NCBI GenBank assembly: GCA_964016885.1 | Contig: OZ024742.1 | Coordinates: forward strand, 129,332,001-129,396,000 | Reading direction: 5' to 3' | Length of the DNA: 64,000 nucleotides | Origin: Eledone cirrhosa | Lineage: Eukaryota | In this document: positions 51,896 through 64,000 of the stretch, in pieces | How positions within the stretch are numbered: the stretch's first letter is position 1 | Layout: the number at the start of each line of letters is the position of its first letter | Made by a program: the position numbers and the translations under genes | The notes under the pieces: model-generated | Databases searched by the model: none | Seen by the model: only the letters and a program-made list of their open reading frames with translations | Told to the model about the DNA's origin: nothing

Positions 51896-52361
51896 ATAGA
51901 TATTAGCAATGACCCAATTGAAGTGCTATATGTATGAGCAACAGTCTATTTTAAACATTCCAAACCCACAAATATTGTTTACAGAGCCCATAATAGAAAT
52001 CCTAGAACTGCAAAATAAAACCATTATTTTATTGTTATCAATATTTTTTTTGTATGTTTTTTTCTTTCCATTACAAGAGATCATAATCTCATATTTGTAG
52101 AATTGTCAAAGTTAAAATGGTTTGTTTATATATAGCAAATAAAAAGGTATGTATTGTGAGTATAATTTCAATGTCTGTCTCTCTAGAATGAAAACCCTCT
52201 TGTAATATTGTAATATTGTAATAGTGTAGGATGTTTTAGTATTGTTTGGTAGTTTTGTTTACATGTGTGTGTATGTGTGTCTGTAAATATATATATATAT
52301 ATGTATAAATTAATAAAAATAATGAATAAAAACAAAGAAACAGTTCCTTATATTAAAAAAT

Positions 52362-52499
52362 TCATCATTTTACGATCGTTTCTAGGATATATATGTTTGT
52401 GTTGGTATGTATATCATATAGATCTATGTAAAATGTTTACAAACTATCAGAGGGAATATACATACCTACACATATATATGCCGTCTTCAGAAATAATGA
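52362..52499 (-). ncRNA. Type I hammerhead ribozyme with very long stem II in the Penelope 3' terminal repeat
   Basis: tcattattt-CTGAAGA-(~100-nt stem-loop)-GAAA-cgatcg-TA-aaatgatga; 9-bp stem I, palindromic stem III. Confidence 0.8.
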
Positions 52500-53294
52500 T
52501 ATTTGTTTATTGAAAAAAACCAACAAAGATTTAATATAATAGGTCTGTTTGGGAATAGGTTTTGAATTGACCAATAGTAAGTGGTCAAGATGGTAGAATA
52601 GTAGTAATAGAACTTTAATTTCGGGGTAGAGGAAGGCAGATTTCAGTTTTGAATGGAAAGAGTGTATTGAATGAAAAGATTATTTTAGGGATGAAAATAG
52701 GTCAAGTGGGTAAAAGGTACACAAAAAATTGATGTTATAAAAGAATAATGCTAATGTAAATATCTAAGGAGAATAAAATTTTACGATAAATGTGTTAGTG
52801 AAAAATATCAATCTTATTTAAAATATAGGGAATTTACATCTATAAAAAGAAAATAAATTAATTAAATTGATAGGTATTTTTATATTGATAAATTTATATT
52901 AATTCATATAGATATGATAAATAAGAGTTAGATGTAATTGAAGAATGCTGTTAAAAACGAAGGGAAAATAAAAAAATAATAATAATAATTATTGGGGGGG
53001 GGGAGGGGGAATTTATTAGTGAGAAATAACAAATTTATATAGATTATAAGGAATATAGAATCATAACCTGAAATTAAAATAGTTTATATGTATACTTATT
53101 GCTATAAATTTTAGGAAAAGATAGCTGTAAAAGGGAAATAAAATTATGCAGTTCATTAGTAGTAGAATATTAATTATAGGTTAACTAATTTAAAAAAAGT
53201 GTTATTATAATAATTTCTAAAGTGTATATTAATTAGGTTTATAATATTTAAAAGTTCTTCTCAGTTTATGATTACATGATATAATTAATTCCTG

Positions 53295-54790
53295 TCATTT
53301 ATTTAATAGGATATCCTTAGATTTCATTATTTCAAAAAGTTCCTGGGAACATAATCTACATTCATATCTATTATTTTGATAAGGGGTGGCCCTTTTGAGC
53401 ACACACCAGGTCAGGTTATAATCGATATTCCTTTTTCTATAATTATTAATTATTTCAGCTAAAGATGTTGTATTAGCTAATACGGCATTTTTAAAACTGT
53501 GTTTGTGGGTATTAAATCTTACTTTAAATTGGTTAGAAGTAGCTCCTATATATGAATAAGTTGAGTCCTTAGTGTTAATTTTACATTTATATACTATGTT
53601 ATTAATAAGGCAATTTCCTTTTAATGGGCAATTTGCTTTGTTTCTACAGTTACAACCTTTCGTGAATGCTGTATCAGGGGAGTTAGTCAAATTAGGTGTG
53701 GAATTTTCACGACTTGTTGTATGTGAATGAGATGGTGGTTTGCTGTGGTTTATTTTAGTATTATGGTTAGTTTGATGTATTGGTGGTATATTCATGTTTT
53801 TTTTAACATTTATATGCATTATAGGCACTTATATTTTGTTGTATATTTTTGGTTGTTGAGTAGGAGAATTTAACTGTTGATCTATTTAAAATTTGATGGT
53901 ATTTGTGGTTTGGCGGGAAGTTTTTCTCTAGGATAGTAACAAATTTTTAGGTATATTATCTTTAATTTGTAGATTAAATGGAGCATTATACCAAGTAACT
54001 CATCTATTACGGTTTCGATGTTGTTTATTATTTTTATAGGATGTATCATGATGTTTATTAAGAGAATTATTGTTAATGATTTTATCACACATATTTTTAG
54101 TTAGATTCATTGATTTAGGTGTTTTAGCCTGTTTATTAGGAATTTTATTATTAACATATATTGGAGTATTAGGATGAATAGTTTTTTGAAAGTTACTATA
54201 TTGTATATTAGAAGAGTTAGAGAAATTAAGTTTTATGTTGGTATTTTGGGGTATAGTGTGAGTGGCATTTAGGTGTGTATATTTCATTTGGTGTTTGTAG
54301 TGTTATTGGTACAAGGTATATATACTAATTTGTTTTTGTGGACACTTCTAGCTAAAGCTTCGTTATAAAAGGTCGCATTTTTATCAAATACATCCTGGTT
54401 AGACGAAAGGTTAGAAATTCTGAGTGAGATATTACATGCTAGGTTTTTAAGGATAGATTTAGGGTGATTAGATTGTGAGTGTATGTAATGTAAGTTTTGG
54501 TTAGGTTTATGGTAAGGTTGGTAGATACCCGTAGATAAGTCTAATGTTATATCAAGGAAATTAACTACTTTACTGGTGTTTTCAAATGTAATATCTAGAC
54601 TATAATAGTCTTTGAGGAAAGTTCTAATAAGTTTTTTATTTTTTTCAATTTCTGATAGGCTAAGGTTATTGGAAAGAAGACAGTCGTCACGATATAAACC
54701 CCCTTTAAGGTGGGGAAAAGAAGCATTTATGTTAAATAGAAGAAAGAGGCCCACAAGATCGGTAATTTGGGCATAATCACTTGAGCCCAT
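53295..54790 (-). pseudogene. Penelope RT-GIY-YIG polyprotein, frameshifted
   Basis: MGSSDYAQITDLVG, YRDD; CNCRNKANCPLKGNC, IVYKC...YIGAT...FKVRFNTH...CRLC..E. Confidence 0.9.
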
Positions 54791-55120
54791 AGTAATGTCG
54801 AATAGATTACTGATAGTTTGTAAAAATTTTACATAGATCTATATGCTATACATACCAACACAAACATATATATCCTAGAAACGATCGTAAAATGATGAAT
54901 TTTTTTAATATAAGGAACTGTTTCTTTGTTTTTATTCATTATTTTTATTAATTTATCTTGACTCTGTTTTCCTGTATTTTTCATCGGAAAAAATTTTTTT
55001 TGAATACATCTCTTTTCATGATATTCGGATTACATTGAGTTCTTCATACGGATTGGACACTACCGTACATTTTGGTAGATTTATCTACATATATATATGT
55101 ATATATGTATCTTTATATAT

Positions 55121-55685
55121 ACGAGTTGTGTCAGAAAAGTTCCAGGACTGATGTCACAAAAGAGTTATTTCAAACCCAAACTTCACACTAAGAGTTTTCT
55201 CCTTCAAAGTAATCCCTCTCTGCAGCGATCAAACTTTTTTCTTCATAATTTTATATACATGTCCTCCGTTTCAGGTCGTCAAGCAATGAGCACAGAGCAA
55301 CAAACAAACTTGAAGTTTCTGGTATGGTTGGGGAAAACTCCGTCAGAAGCACTGGGATTGCTGCAGCAAGTGTATGGAGATGAGACGATGTCACGCTCAC
55401 GTGTTTTTGAGTGGTGCAAGATGACCCCAGGAGCGGAAGGCCCTCAACAACCAGGACTGAGGTCAACATTGAGCGCGTTAGGCAGATGGTGCGTAGCGAT
55501 CGTAGGCTGACTGTTCGACTGATGGCAAATGAGCTGGGCATGAATCGGGACAGCGTCTGGAAGATTCTCACTGAAGATTTGGACATGCGGAAAGTCTGTG
55601 CGAAGATGGTGCCAAAACTGCTGGATGATGACCAGTGCGCCAGGACATCTTCGAATGTCTTGAAACCGAACCAGACTTGCTAGGG
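55121..55685 (+). mobile_element. Mariner transposon 5' fragment (TIR and HTH domains)
   Basis: TA-cgagttgtgtcagaaaagttcc end; KFLVWLGKTPSE, DDPRSGRPST, RKVCAKMVPKLL; catalytic domain absent. Confidence 0.88.
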
Positions 55686-55962
55686 ACAAAGAATCAACCT
55701 CACAACCTCACAATTATGATAGGTTTACAGAAACAAATAACTTTCAACTTATTAATCATTTCTGCTTTAGGCACAAGGTCAGTAATTTTATAGGGAGGAG
55801 AGTGTCGATTAACTTGACCCTAGTACTGGACAGGTACTTTATTTTATTAACCTTGGAAGGTTGAAAGGCAAAGCTGACTTAGGCAGGATTTGAATAAATG
55901 CTGCTGAACATTTTGTCTGATGCTCTAGCGATTTTGTCAATCTCCTCCTCCTGCTCCTCCTC

Positions 55963-56340
55963 TTTCTTCTTCTTCTTCTTCTTCTTCTTCTTCTTCTTCT
56001 TCTTCTTCTTCTTCTTCTTCTCCCACTTATTTCTGGGAGGGTCATGGGGAGGGGCTGAATCCTCAAGCATGTCTTCCAGCAGGTCCTGCCAGAAGCAACT
56101 GTCCCCAATTGATGCAGCTGGATCCCCAAGTAAGACCAACCAAGCTCATGGCTGTTATCCAACCATCTACTCCTGGGTTTCCTGCCAGTTGGTTTTTGCC
56201 CTTAAAAACTTGTCCAGTGATTCTTTCCTGAGACATTCTAACCACCTGCCTCTAGTCTCAGAACTATGATCCCTCAACACTGCCCTAAGTTTCAAGTTAA
56301 TAATCAAAGATAAATATTTCACTACTGACATCTAATGTTA
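55963..56340 (-). mobile_element. RTE-like 3' fragment with expanded (GAA)n tail
   Basis: LGIQLHQLGTVASGRTCWKTCL followed by a long AAG run. Confidence 0.65.
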
Positions 56341-56473
56341 TCTGTCATGTAGTAATGAAATTTCCATCGAAGATTTGAATTTAAATTTAAACACTTTAAT
56401 AGAGAAGGTTTTGGACTCGTTGGTGCTTAAAATGTTAATAAAGAATTGTAGTAACTGAAATTATTAATTATTT

Positions 56474-57401
56474 AACGATGCCTGCATACGAACAGCAATG
56501 CTGCATGGCAGTGAGACCTGGGCATTGTGTGCAGAGGATATACGCAGACTAGAGAGGAACGAAGCTTGCATGCTCCGCTGGATGTGCAATAGTAATATAC
56601 GTGAACGGCAAAGCATAAACGAACTAAGGAAAAAATTAGAAATAAGAGGGATCAGATGTTGTTTACTCGAGAGAAGGCTACGTTGGTACGGTCACGTGAT
56701 GCGCATGAAAGACGACAGCTGTATAACAAAGTGCAGGGCAATAAAGATAGACGGTAGCCACGGAGTAGGCAGACCCAGAAAAACATGGGACGAGCTGATA
56801 AATTCCGACCTCACACGCTTACACCTCTCCAAGACAATGTCACTGGACCGAGACCTTTGGCGGTACTCAGTAATAGAGAAGACCCGCCTTACCTAAATAC
56901 AAAGTAAAAACCTACTACAGTCAGTAGGCATCTCTATCAAAACACACCCCCGTGCCACCACCTCCACCCCACCCACACCGCCCCTTTCAATGTAAAGTTA
57001 TGTTGGTCCCACAACATCCAGGCCGAAACAAGTGAGATCGTGTAGGTGTCACGACAAAAAACACACAGTCCACGCTGTAAATGTGGCCGTGTAGGCAACA
57101 CGGTAAAAACCTCCCAGCCCCACACTGTAAATGTGGTTGGTGTTAGGAAGGGCATCCAGCTGTAGAAAACCCGCCAGACAGTCCACGCTGTAATGTGGCC
57201 GTGTAGGCAACACGGTAAAAACCTCCCAGCCCCACACTGTAAATGTGGTTGGTGTTAGGAAGGGCATCCAACTGTAGAAAACCCGCCAGACAGTCCTATG
57301 CGAGCAAGACAACCACTCTTGCCTCAAGTGGGAAAACCCCCGTCCAAACCCATGCAAGCGTGGAACACGGACGCTAAACCTGATGATGATGATGATGATG
57401 A
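56474..57401 (+). mobile_element. RTE 3' fragment, family of 47672-50530
   Basis: MLHGSETWALCAEDIRRL...VIEKTRLT* almost identical to 49737-50135; UTR carries the 113-bp duplication. Confidence 0.93.
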
Positions 57402-57405
57402 TTAA

Positions 57406-57626
57406 CCCTTTAGCATTTACATTACTCTATATTTACTATTGTATTTTCATGGAAAACACTTTATTTCACATAATTATCTCAAATAATATTGAATCAATGA
57501 GATTTTGATATTATGTATTTTGAGAACAATACCTTAACATTAGTATGAGCAGCCAGTTACAGTTGGTTTGAACAGAAAGAGGTGAGAGAATTTTAGCCAG
57601 ATATGGCTGGTTTAAATACTAAAGGG
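57406..57626. mobile_element. piggyBac-type MITE, reverse orientation
   Basis: TTAA-CCCTTT...AAAGGG-TTAA. Confidence 0.85.
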
Positions 57627-58510
57627 TTAATTACTAATTATAAAGATAGCAACTTAACATATGGTTATTATATAAAATTCTGATTAAAGATTTTAATCTA
57701 AATAAGAACCCTTTACAATAGGTGGCTATGTTTCATAGAATGAGGATTGCTTTTGGCTTGGTTGGTATCAAGAAGGTTGAGCCATCATCTAGTTTAACAA
57801 CACCAACTGATCTTTGGATGCTCTTATGTCGGTCAGTGAATAATTCACTTGAAGAGAAAAGGGAAGTGATATCACATGAGCAGAAGAGATAAAAAAATAT
57901 CTCTCATGGTGATTTCAAAGTGACCGGTTGTGTTTCTAGGGTTTTGTGTGGGTCTCATATTTCTGATCAGAGTTATGATTCTCGAGTTATGCAAGTAGAT
58001 AAGAGAGATGATCAATGAGGACCATTCAAGGTAAGCTATTTTCCATTTTCCATCACACTTTAGGAGAGTGCACACTGCTGTAAACATTCAGGTTTAATAA
58101 TAACTTTCAATCTTCCTCTTACCAGCAATGGAGGCTCTCAAAAAAGAGGGTTTTTGAGTGCAGCCCTTCTTTGCTTGACAAAGTGGTTAACGAAATATTA
58201 CATACAAAAATAGCAACACACCCAGACTGCTACTCTGCACTCTGTACAATTAGCCACTACATATCAGGGTGTACAGAATGGTGCTCCATTAGGCAAAGAT
58301 ATGATATTATATAGTCCTAGATACACTTGGACAAGGTTTTTCAAACTGCAAGTCCTGACTTGTGTCACAACATAAATAAAATGGGTTGTGAATTAAGAAT
58401 AAAATCTACAAAAATATGCAAGAGTGACAATCTAGGCATATTGGGTCACAATATAAAATGCTGATCTTACTGTGAGTAAAGAAAGTGTAGCTGGAGGCAT
58501 TCAGACTTAC

Positions 58511-58585
58511 CTTGCGTCTCTCTATCGCTGGTTCCACCGTCCACGTGGGGGTACTTCCACTAGCGTCTGTCTTCAAATCGCCCAT
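58511..58585 (-). CDS. Candidate host-gene exon MGDLKTDASGSTPTWTVEPAIERRK
   Basis: GC-richer island not repeated in the window, ending in a consensus donor AAG|GTAAGT; only this frame is open; no homology recognised. Confidence 0.3.
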
Positions 58586-59170
58586 CAACTTGCAGGGCCA
58601 ACAGTTAAAAGAGGGCTGTTCAATGCCTGATGCCTCAAGTCGCCCCCCCCCGTCCTCCTGCTTCCAACAATCCCACTCCCACGGCAGCTCTACACCCCCC
58701 CCCCTCTATCTCACGGCAGCCCCACAGAAAGTTAGAAAAGTGCTGCACGAGGAGGTCCACAAATACATAGACACACAATATATATCAAGTTTATAGTTGT
58801 TATTGTGGTCATTGTATTGCAAACACATTCAACCAATACACCATCATCATCATCATTGTCATTATTTAATGTCTATTTTCTCTGCTAGCAATGGTTGGCT
58901 GGGTAATCACAGACCAAGGCTATACTCATTTGGAGCTACTGACCTTTCAGACAGGCTAGGGCTCTCATGCACACACACACACACACACACACTTATGCAT
59001 GCTCTGTTTCCCTGCATCATCTAAGAATGTGTTTAACTCAACTGAGCAAAAAATAAAACTTACATAATTGCACATGCAAACACACAAACAAACGTATTCA
59101 TACATATAAATACATCATTATCATCATTGTATTGTATTTTTCCTTGTTGACTTTTCTTATATATATGTAT

Positions 59171-59760
59171 GGTGGCTGCCAACTCGTTTTCGAGTACGGC
59201 CACTACTTTATATCCATGTAGGAGAACCCCTACCGATGCGCTGAACGAGTGTGACTTTTTAGTCCAGCCAGCGACTTGAAAACTCTGGTACAAACACTAC
59301 ACTTGTGACAATTAGTGACACATAGTGCTGGGCCCATGGTACCATGTGACGACAAGTGCAGACATATCTCCAGATATAAAGTAATGCCTGTGCAAAGCTT
59401 TTATAGTGAGCAAAGGCACTGCACAAAGCCAGTCCCACTCTCTTAACCAAGATGATATTTACCAACATCATTGGATACCATCAGGGTTGCAGGTGTTATA
59501 TCAGAGTTTTCCTTCTCCTAGAATTCTGCCTTGACAAAGGCTAAGGGGTCATCTCTCCTGGTGATTTTGGATGGCCATTGACTCTTAAGAGCTCCATTGC
59601 CCTTTGACAGGTTTTGTTTTTAGTCCTGCAGGATGTCCAAAGTCACCCTCCTCATGAAGAAACCTTGGTGGGGTTGCCAGTTTAGTCGCCAACAACCCGA
59701 CCATGAGACAGGTTGTACTGGGATACATGTTACCAGTAGCACCAACTGGTGACCTGACAT
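59171..59760 (-). repeat. Dispersed non-coding module, copy 3 (longest 5' end, no adjacent RTE)
   Basis: Reverse complement of 7027-7619 with a small internal deletion. Confidence 0.85.
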
Positions 59761-60451
59761 AAATATATATGTATATGTGTATACATACATACATATATAT
59801 TTATATATATACAAATATATATATATATATCCAAAATTAAGATAAATTAAGGGTGTCGTGTCAGATAGACATATATATATATATATATACGGCCCCTTAA
59901 TTGTAGAGCTAACTCAGTTGAAAGGACTTGACTGCTGTTTCTAGTTATTGATAACCCTATTCACGCCACTGGGACGAAGCTGGTGTGATGTGTGTATTTT
60001 TGGTGGATACAGCACATGTTACTGGCCAGTCGCTGATTTGAACTTGATGCGTAAACACAGATTGCTGGAGCTCTTCCTTGTTGAAAATCCAGGACCTGGC
60101 TTCTGTAGTTTACCAATCGATTAATTGGTGAAATATATTTCTTTAATGGAATATATATGAGGAAGATTAATCAAATTATAAGGTATCTATTTTTGAAGTT
60201 CTAGTTAAACTTTATTTAGTTACCTACCTAGCTATGTGTGCTTACACACTTTTACAAATTATCCCCTGTGATTGTTTCATATGTTTAATTATATGTCAAT
60301 CAATTTCTAGTTGATACAAATATATATATATATATGGGGAGAGTCATATTGTAATAATATTGCCAGGAATAATAACAGAACACACTCACTGTTTGGTTGG
60401 TTTTCGCTTCTGTATCTTTTATATCTGGTGGCATATATATATATATGTATA

Positions 60452-60541
<90 letters not shown>

Positions 60542-60556
60542 GGTTCTTATATATTT

Positions 60557-60769
60557 TGTGGTTAGAAAAAGCTATCCCACTTACCGCTTCCATGTGCGTC
60601 CAACTCATTAACACCGGGAGCTGCCAAAACTCGCATCCACACCGTTGCTGGTCACCACTAGAGAGAGGCCGATCTGCTGGCCCTTCCGGTCAAGCACCCT
60701 TCTGGCCAAGCACCCTTCCGGTCGAGCACTCCCCCGCTTCCGGCCACCGCACGCCACACCATACCCACA
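60557..60769 (-). repeat. 3' LTR (~213 bp) of the Gypsy element
   Basis: Minus strand TGTGGGTA...TAACCACA termini, preceded by a G-rich polypurine tract at 60770-60780. Confidence 0.75.
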
Positions 60770-63700
60770 CGCCCCCCCTGATCTCAAGGATCAATTTCCC
60801 CCTCGTTCTTCTGCATATGAAAGTCTGCTGTCCAGGTTGGTGGTTTACGACTTCTTTGCGATCTCCGCAGTGTTGGGGCGGCACTTTGGGTTTCCTCTTC
60901 CTCGGAGTCCGTTGACACAGTGATTCTACGGACATCCAGGACATGATGTGGTACTCCGTCCACGGACACATTGTTCTGGGAATTTGCGGCCGTCACCGTT
61001 CCCCTTCCCCATTGAGATGTGCAACGTTCATCTGGGGGCTTAACCCAGACTTCTTCGGCCCACCTGCACGAATGCATTCTCTCTCCCCACTGGCCGTTGT
61101 GGTGGCGTGCACGGGTGCCGCCACTCGTATCTGAATACTGCTCTGTGTAGCACCAATTCCTCGACCTGTCCCACCCGAGGGGACATGTTGTACCAGAACA
61201 CTGCCTCCATTGGTGAGATATGGCTCCGCTCCGCCATTGCTTTGATCGTCCGGTGGTGTTGCTCCACAATTCCATTCCCGCTTGGCCTGTGCGCTGATCT
61301 GAAGAAACGGTCCACCTTCCATCCATCGAGCATCTCCCTCAGCGCCTCCGAGCGGAGCGCTGCGCTGTTGTCCATCAGCAGTTCATCCACAGGGCCCCAC
61401 TCCAAGAACACCTCTCTCAACAACCGCATGATTTCCTCGGCCGTTCCAGTCTTCATCTCCCTCCATATCGCCATCCGTCCTGGTCCACAGTCGACCATCG
61501 AGAAGTACGTTCCCTGTCGGTAGTGCGTTACATCTAACACCAATCGCTTCCAGTCGCGATCCACCGGGGGGCTTCCCGTTTCATGCACACCAGGGGCGGG
61601 ATCAATGGACTGACATCGGACGCAGCCTCTAACCACCCTTTGAACACTGTGTCTGTTAACGTCCGAGTCGATTCTCCTGGCTAGGAACAGGCTCCTATCC
61701 ACTCCCATGTGGTGCATGTCATGCAACCCTTTCAGATCCGACTCGGTCAGCCGACACACGGCAGCTATCTCATCTTCTACCTCCTCCGGCGCTTCCATCC
61801 AGGCTTTCTTCACCCTAGTTAAGACGTCCGCCCTATTTTTCTCTGAGGGCATGAAAACTACGCTCAGCCTCAGGTCAAACTCGGTGGCCAGCTCTCCTAA
61901 AGTTCCCAGGGGGCGCTTTATCAGCATCTCCGCCGCCCCTCTCGTTCACACTCTCTTCTCACTGGTGAGCACTGATCTCACCCATCCGAGTACAGTAGCC
62001 GAGTCGGTGCGTATCTCGATGGTGCGCAGTCCCCACCTCAGGGCGAGGTTCACCCCTCTCAACACTGCGTCCAGTTCGGCCACATTGATGTGGTTGCAGT
62101 CGTCCTTCTTCCTAATCCAGGCTGCATCCTCGACCTCAACACCTCCTATCTCCAACGTGACACCCAGCGCTATGCTGCTGGCATCGCACCATACGGTCCC
62201 GCTCTGCGATTTCGGAACATATCAGCGTCCCCGCACTGGGTCATCAGCCTTCACCCTCCCCACGATCTCCTGCATCCTGGCCACTGTCCTCTCTCCCACT
62301 CTGTCACTCCAAGTCACTCCTCCCGCTCGTCTCTTGACATAGCTGCATGCCGTCCGGAGCCACCCAGCAATCGGGTAGTGACCCACCAACTTACCACACA
62401 CCGAGAAAAGCTCCCGCCTAGTCATACTTGGGCCCAGTTCTGGAACTTCATTTCCCCTCTGGAATACCAAGACGCCCATCCTGTCTCGCCATAGCCTAAG
62501 TCCCAGCGCGGCTCCTCCCTCCAATGCTTCTGATGGCTTCGCAACCAGTCCATACCCCTGTAAATGGCTTGTGACCTCCGCCACCGACACCACAGACTCG
62601 TTCACTAGGATGTCGTCAATGTAGGAGTTAGTGGCCCTCTTCATCTTGTCGGCCTTTCCCAGAATGGTCTTGAGGACCGCTGCCATGATCTTTGGTGCGG
62701 AGTTCAGCCCGAAACCGAGCCTGGTCAGGCAATATGTCCAGCCCTTATACCTGACCAGCTGATACTGCCAGAGCTTCTCATCTATATGCAATTGCAAGTA
62801 TGCCGACTTTAGATCTACAATTACTGAACCCCCCGTCATGCGTCTCCACTCACGCAGGGTTTCGCCACAGATATCTGTGACCTCGCCACCCATGTGGCAT
62901 GACACGTGCTCGTTCAGCTCCCGAAAGTCCAGCACTGGCCTCACCTTGTTCTTCGTGGGTTGCACCACCGCCATTAACGGCAATACTCCACATTTCACCT
63001 CCTCTTTCCAGGGAAGCAGTATGCCCTCCTCAATCCATCTCTCTACCTCTCGCTCGAACTCGCTCCTAATGTTTCCCTTCAATGTGTGTTGATAGCAGCC
63101 CACTTTGGTCTTCAGTATTGGTAGTTCTCCCTTCCAGTACCACTCAACAACCCATCGCTGCCCATCGAACACGGCCTTGAAGTCTTTGTCCTGCACAGTG
63201 TAAGCGGGGTATTTCTCGTGGGCCTTCTGGTTCTCTTGTCGTGTGCTCACAGCGCATACCGATGCAGCGGCGCCAAACGACACACCGACGTTGTTCACTG
63301 TGACGCCTCCTAGACGGCCAATTGCGTCCATGCCCATAACTACGCCGATCCCATCCACCACGCTGTCAACTATGATTGCAGAAAGCCTTATTTTCCTTCC
63401 CCGTATCGCTATTTCCATCTCGCTGCGACCTCGGCATTCAATTTTCCTGCCATCGACTGCCCTTACGCTGCTCTTCCCTCTCCACCTCTGCGCCACCCTC
63501 ACGGTCACCAGTGTCATCGTACAGCCTGTGTCCACGAGGGCTCGCTGTGGCTTTCCCCTCACGAAGACTTCCACCACGGGCAGCGCCTCTACTCGTAAGG
63601 GGCAACTACCGGCGCAGTAGTTCCCCTTGGATCGTTTCCCTGGTCGCAGTTAGTAGCGATGTGGCCTGGTCGCTTACACCGGTAGCATATTATTTCCGGC

Positions 63701-64000
63701 CTTGACTCTCTACAGTCTCTAGCCATGTGCGGGCCCTGGCACCTACAACAGCGACCTCTAAGCGTTCATGGGCGACCGCGTGCCGTGGTTGCCTCCCTTT
63801 CACCATTTCGCTGCCAGCTGTCTTGAGCCTCTGTAGTTGCTATCGCCGCAACACTCTTCTTGGCATCTTCTGCTATGATCCGGGCTTGTTCCACCAGTGA
63901 ACACATTTCCATTTCTTTGTAACCCGGGACTCGTTGCAGTTTCACCGCTATGTCGTCTGGAAATCCATTTATGAATGCCAACCGCACTGTGCGTTCGCAT
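60557..64000 (-). mobile_element. Ty3/Gypsy LTR retrotransposon (gag C-terminus, PR, RT, RNase H, IN), frameshifted, extends past window end
   Basis: Knuckle CYRCKRPGHIATNC, ALVDTGC, VLDFRELN, DLKSAY, YIDD, WCDAS/AEL/TDS, HHCC and D,D,E integrase; domain order PR-RT-RH-IN. Confidence 0.95.

Larger units (their letters stand above)
52305..55097 (-). mobile_element. Penelope-like element, 5'-truncated, with inverted partial terminal repeat
   Basis: RT end (GLYRDD, FLDITL, YHKP), GIY-YIG nuclease; 52307-52450 is the inverted copy of 54809-54954; TA flanks. Confidence 0.92.

Noticed and set aside
57690-58100. Possible coding exon
   Set aside because: Short open frames with no recognisable motif; may be very old LINE debris

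Overview
AT-rich, repeat-saturated eukaryotic DNA, intergenic or intronic. The dense (TA)n/(GAT)n microsatellites, tRNA-derived SINEs and RTE LINEs resemble a cephalopod (Octopus-like) genome; that assignment is inference. No host gene can be firmly supported, and almost all listed ORFs are microsatellite or transposon read-through. Recognisable elements: several RTE LINEs with a PHD-type zinc finger inside the RT domain (one 5'-truncated copy has an uninterrupted ORF); CR1/L2-like, CRE-like and R4/Dong-like LINE fragments; a near-intact DD37D (maT) transposon; a mariner fragment; TTAA-flanked piggyBac-type MITEs; a Penelope-like element; and the 3' part of a Ty3/Gypsy element. The most notable hidden signal is a set of hand-folded type I hammerhead ribozyme (HHR) motifs in small non-coding elements lodged in or beside (TA)n arrays. 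These include a 490-bp tandem retrozyme-like unit with a covarying sister subfamily, an HHR with a ~100-nt stem II in the Penelope terminal repeat, and a U3-A8 core variant. All folds were done by eye and are untested.
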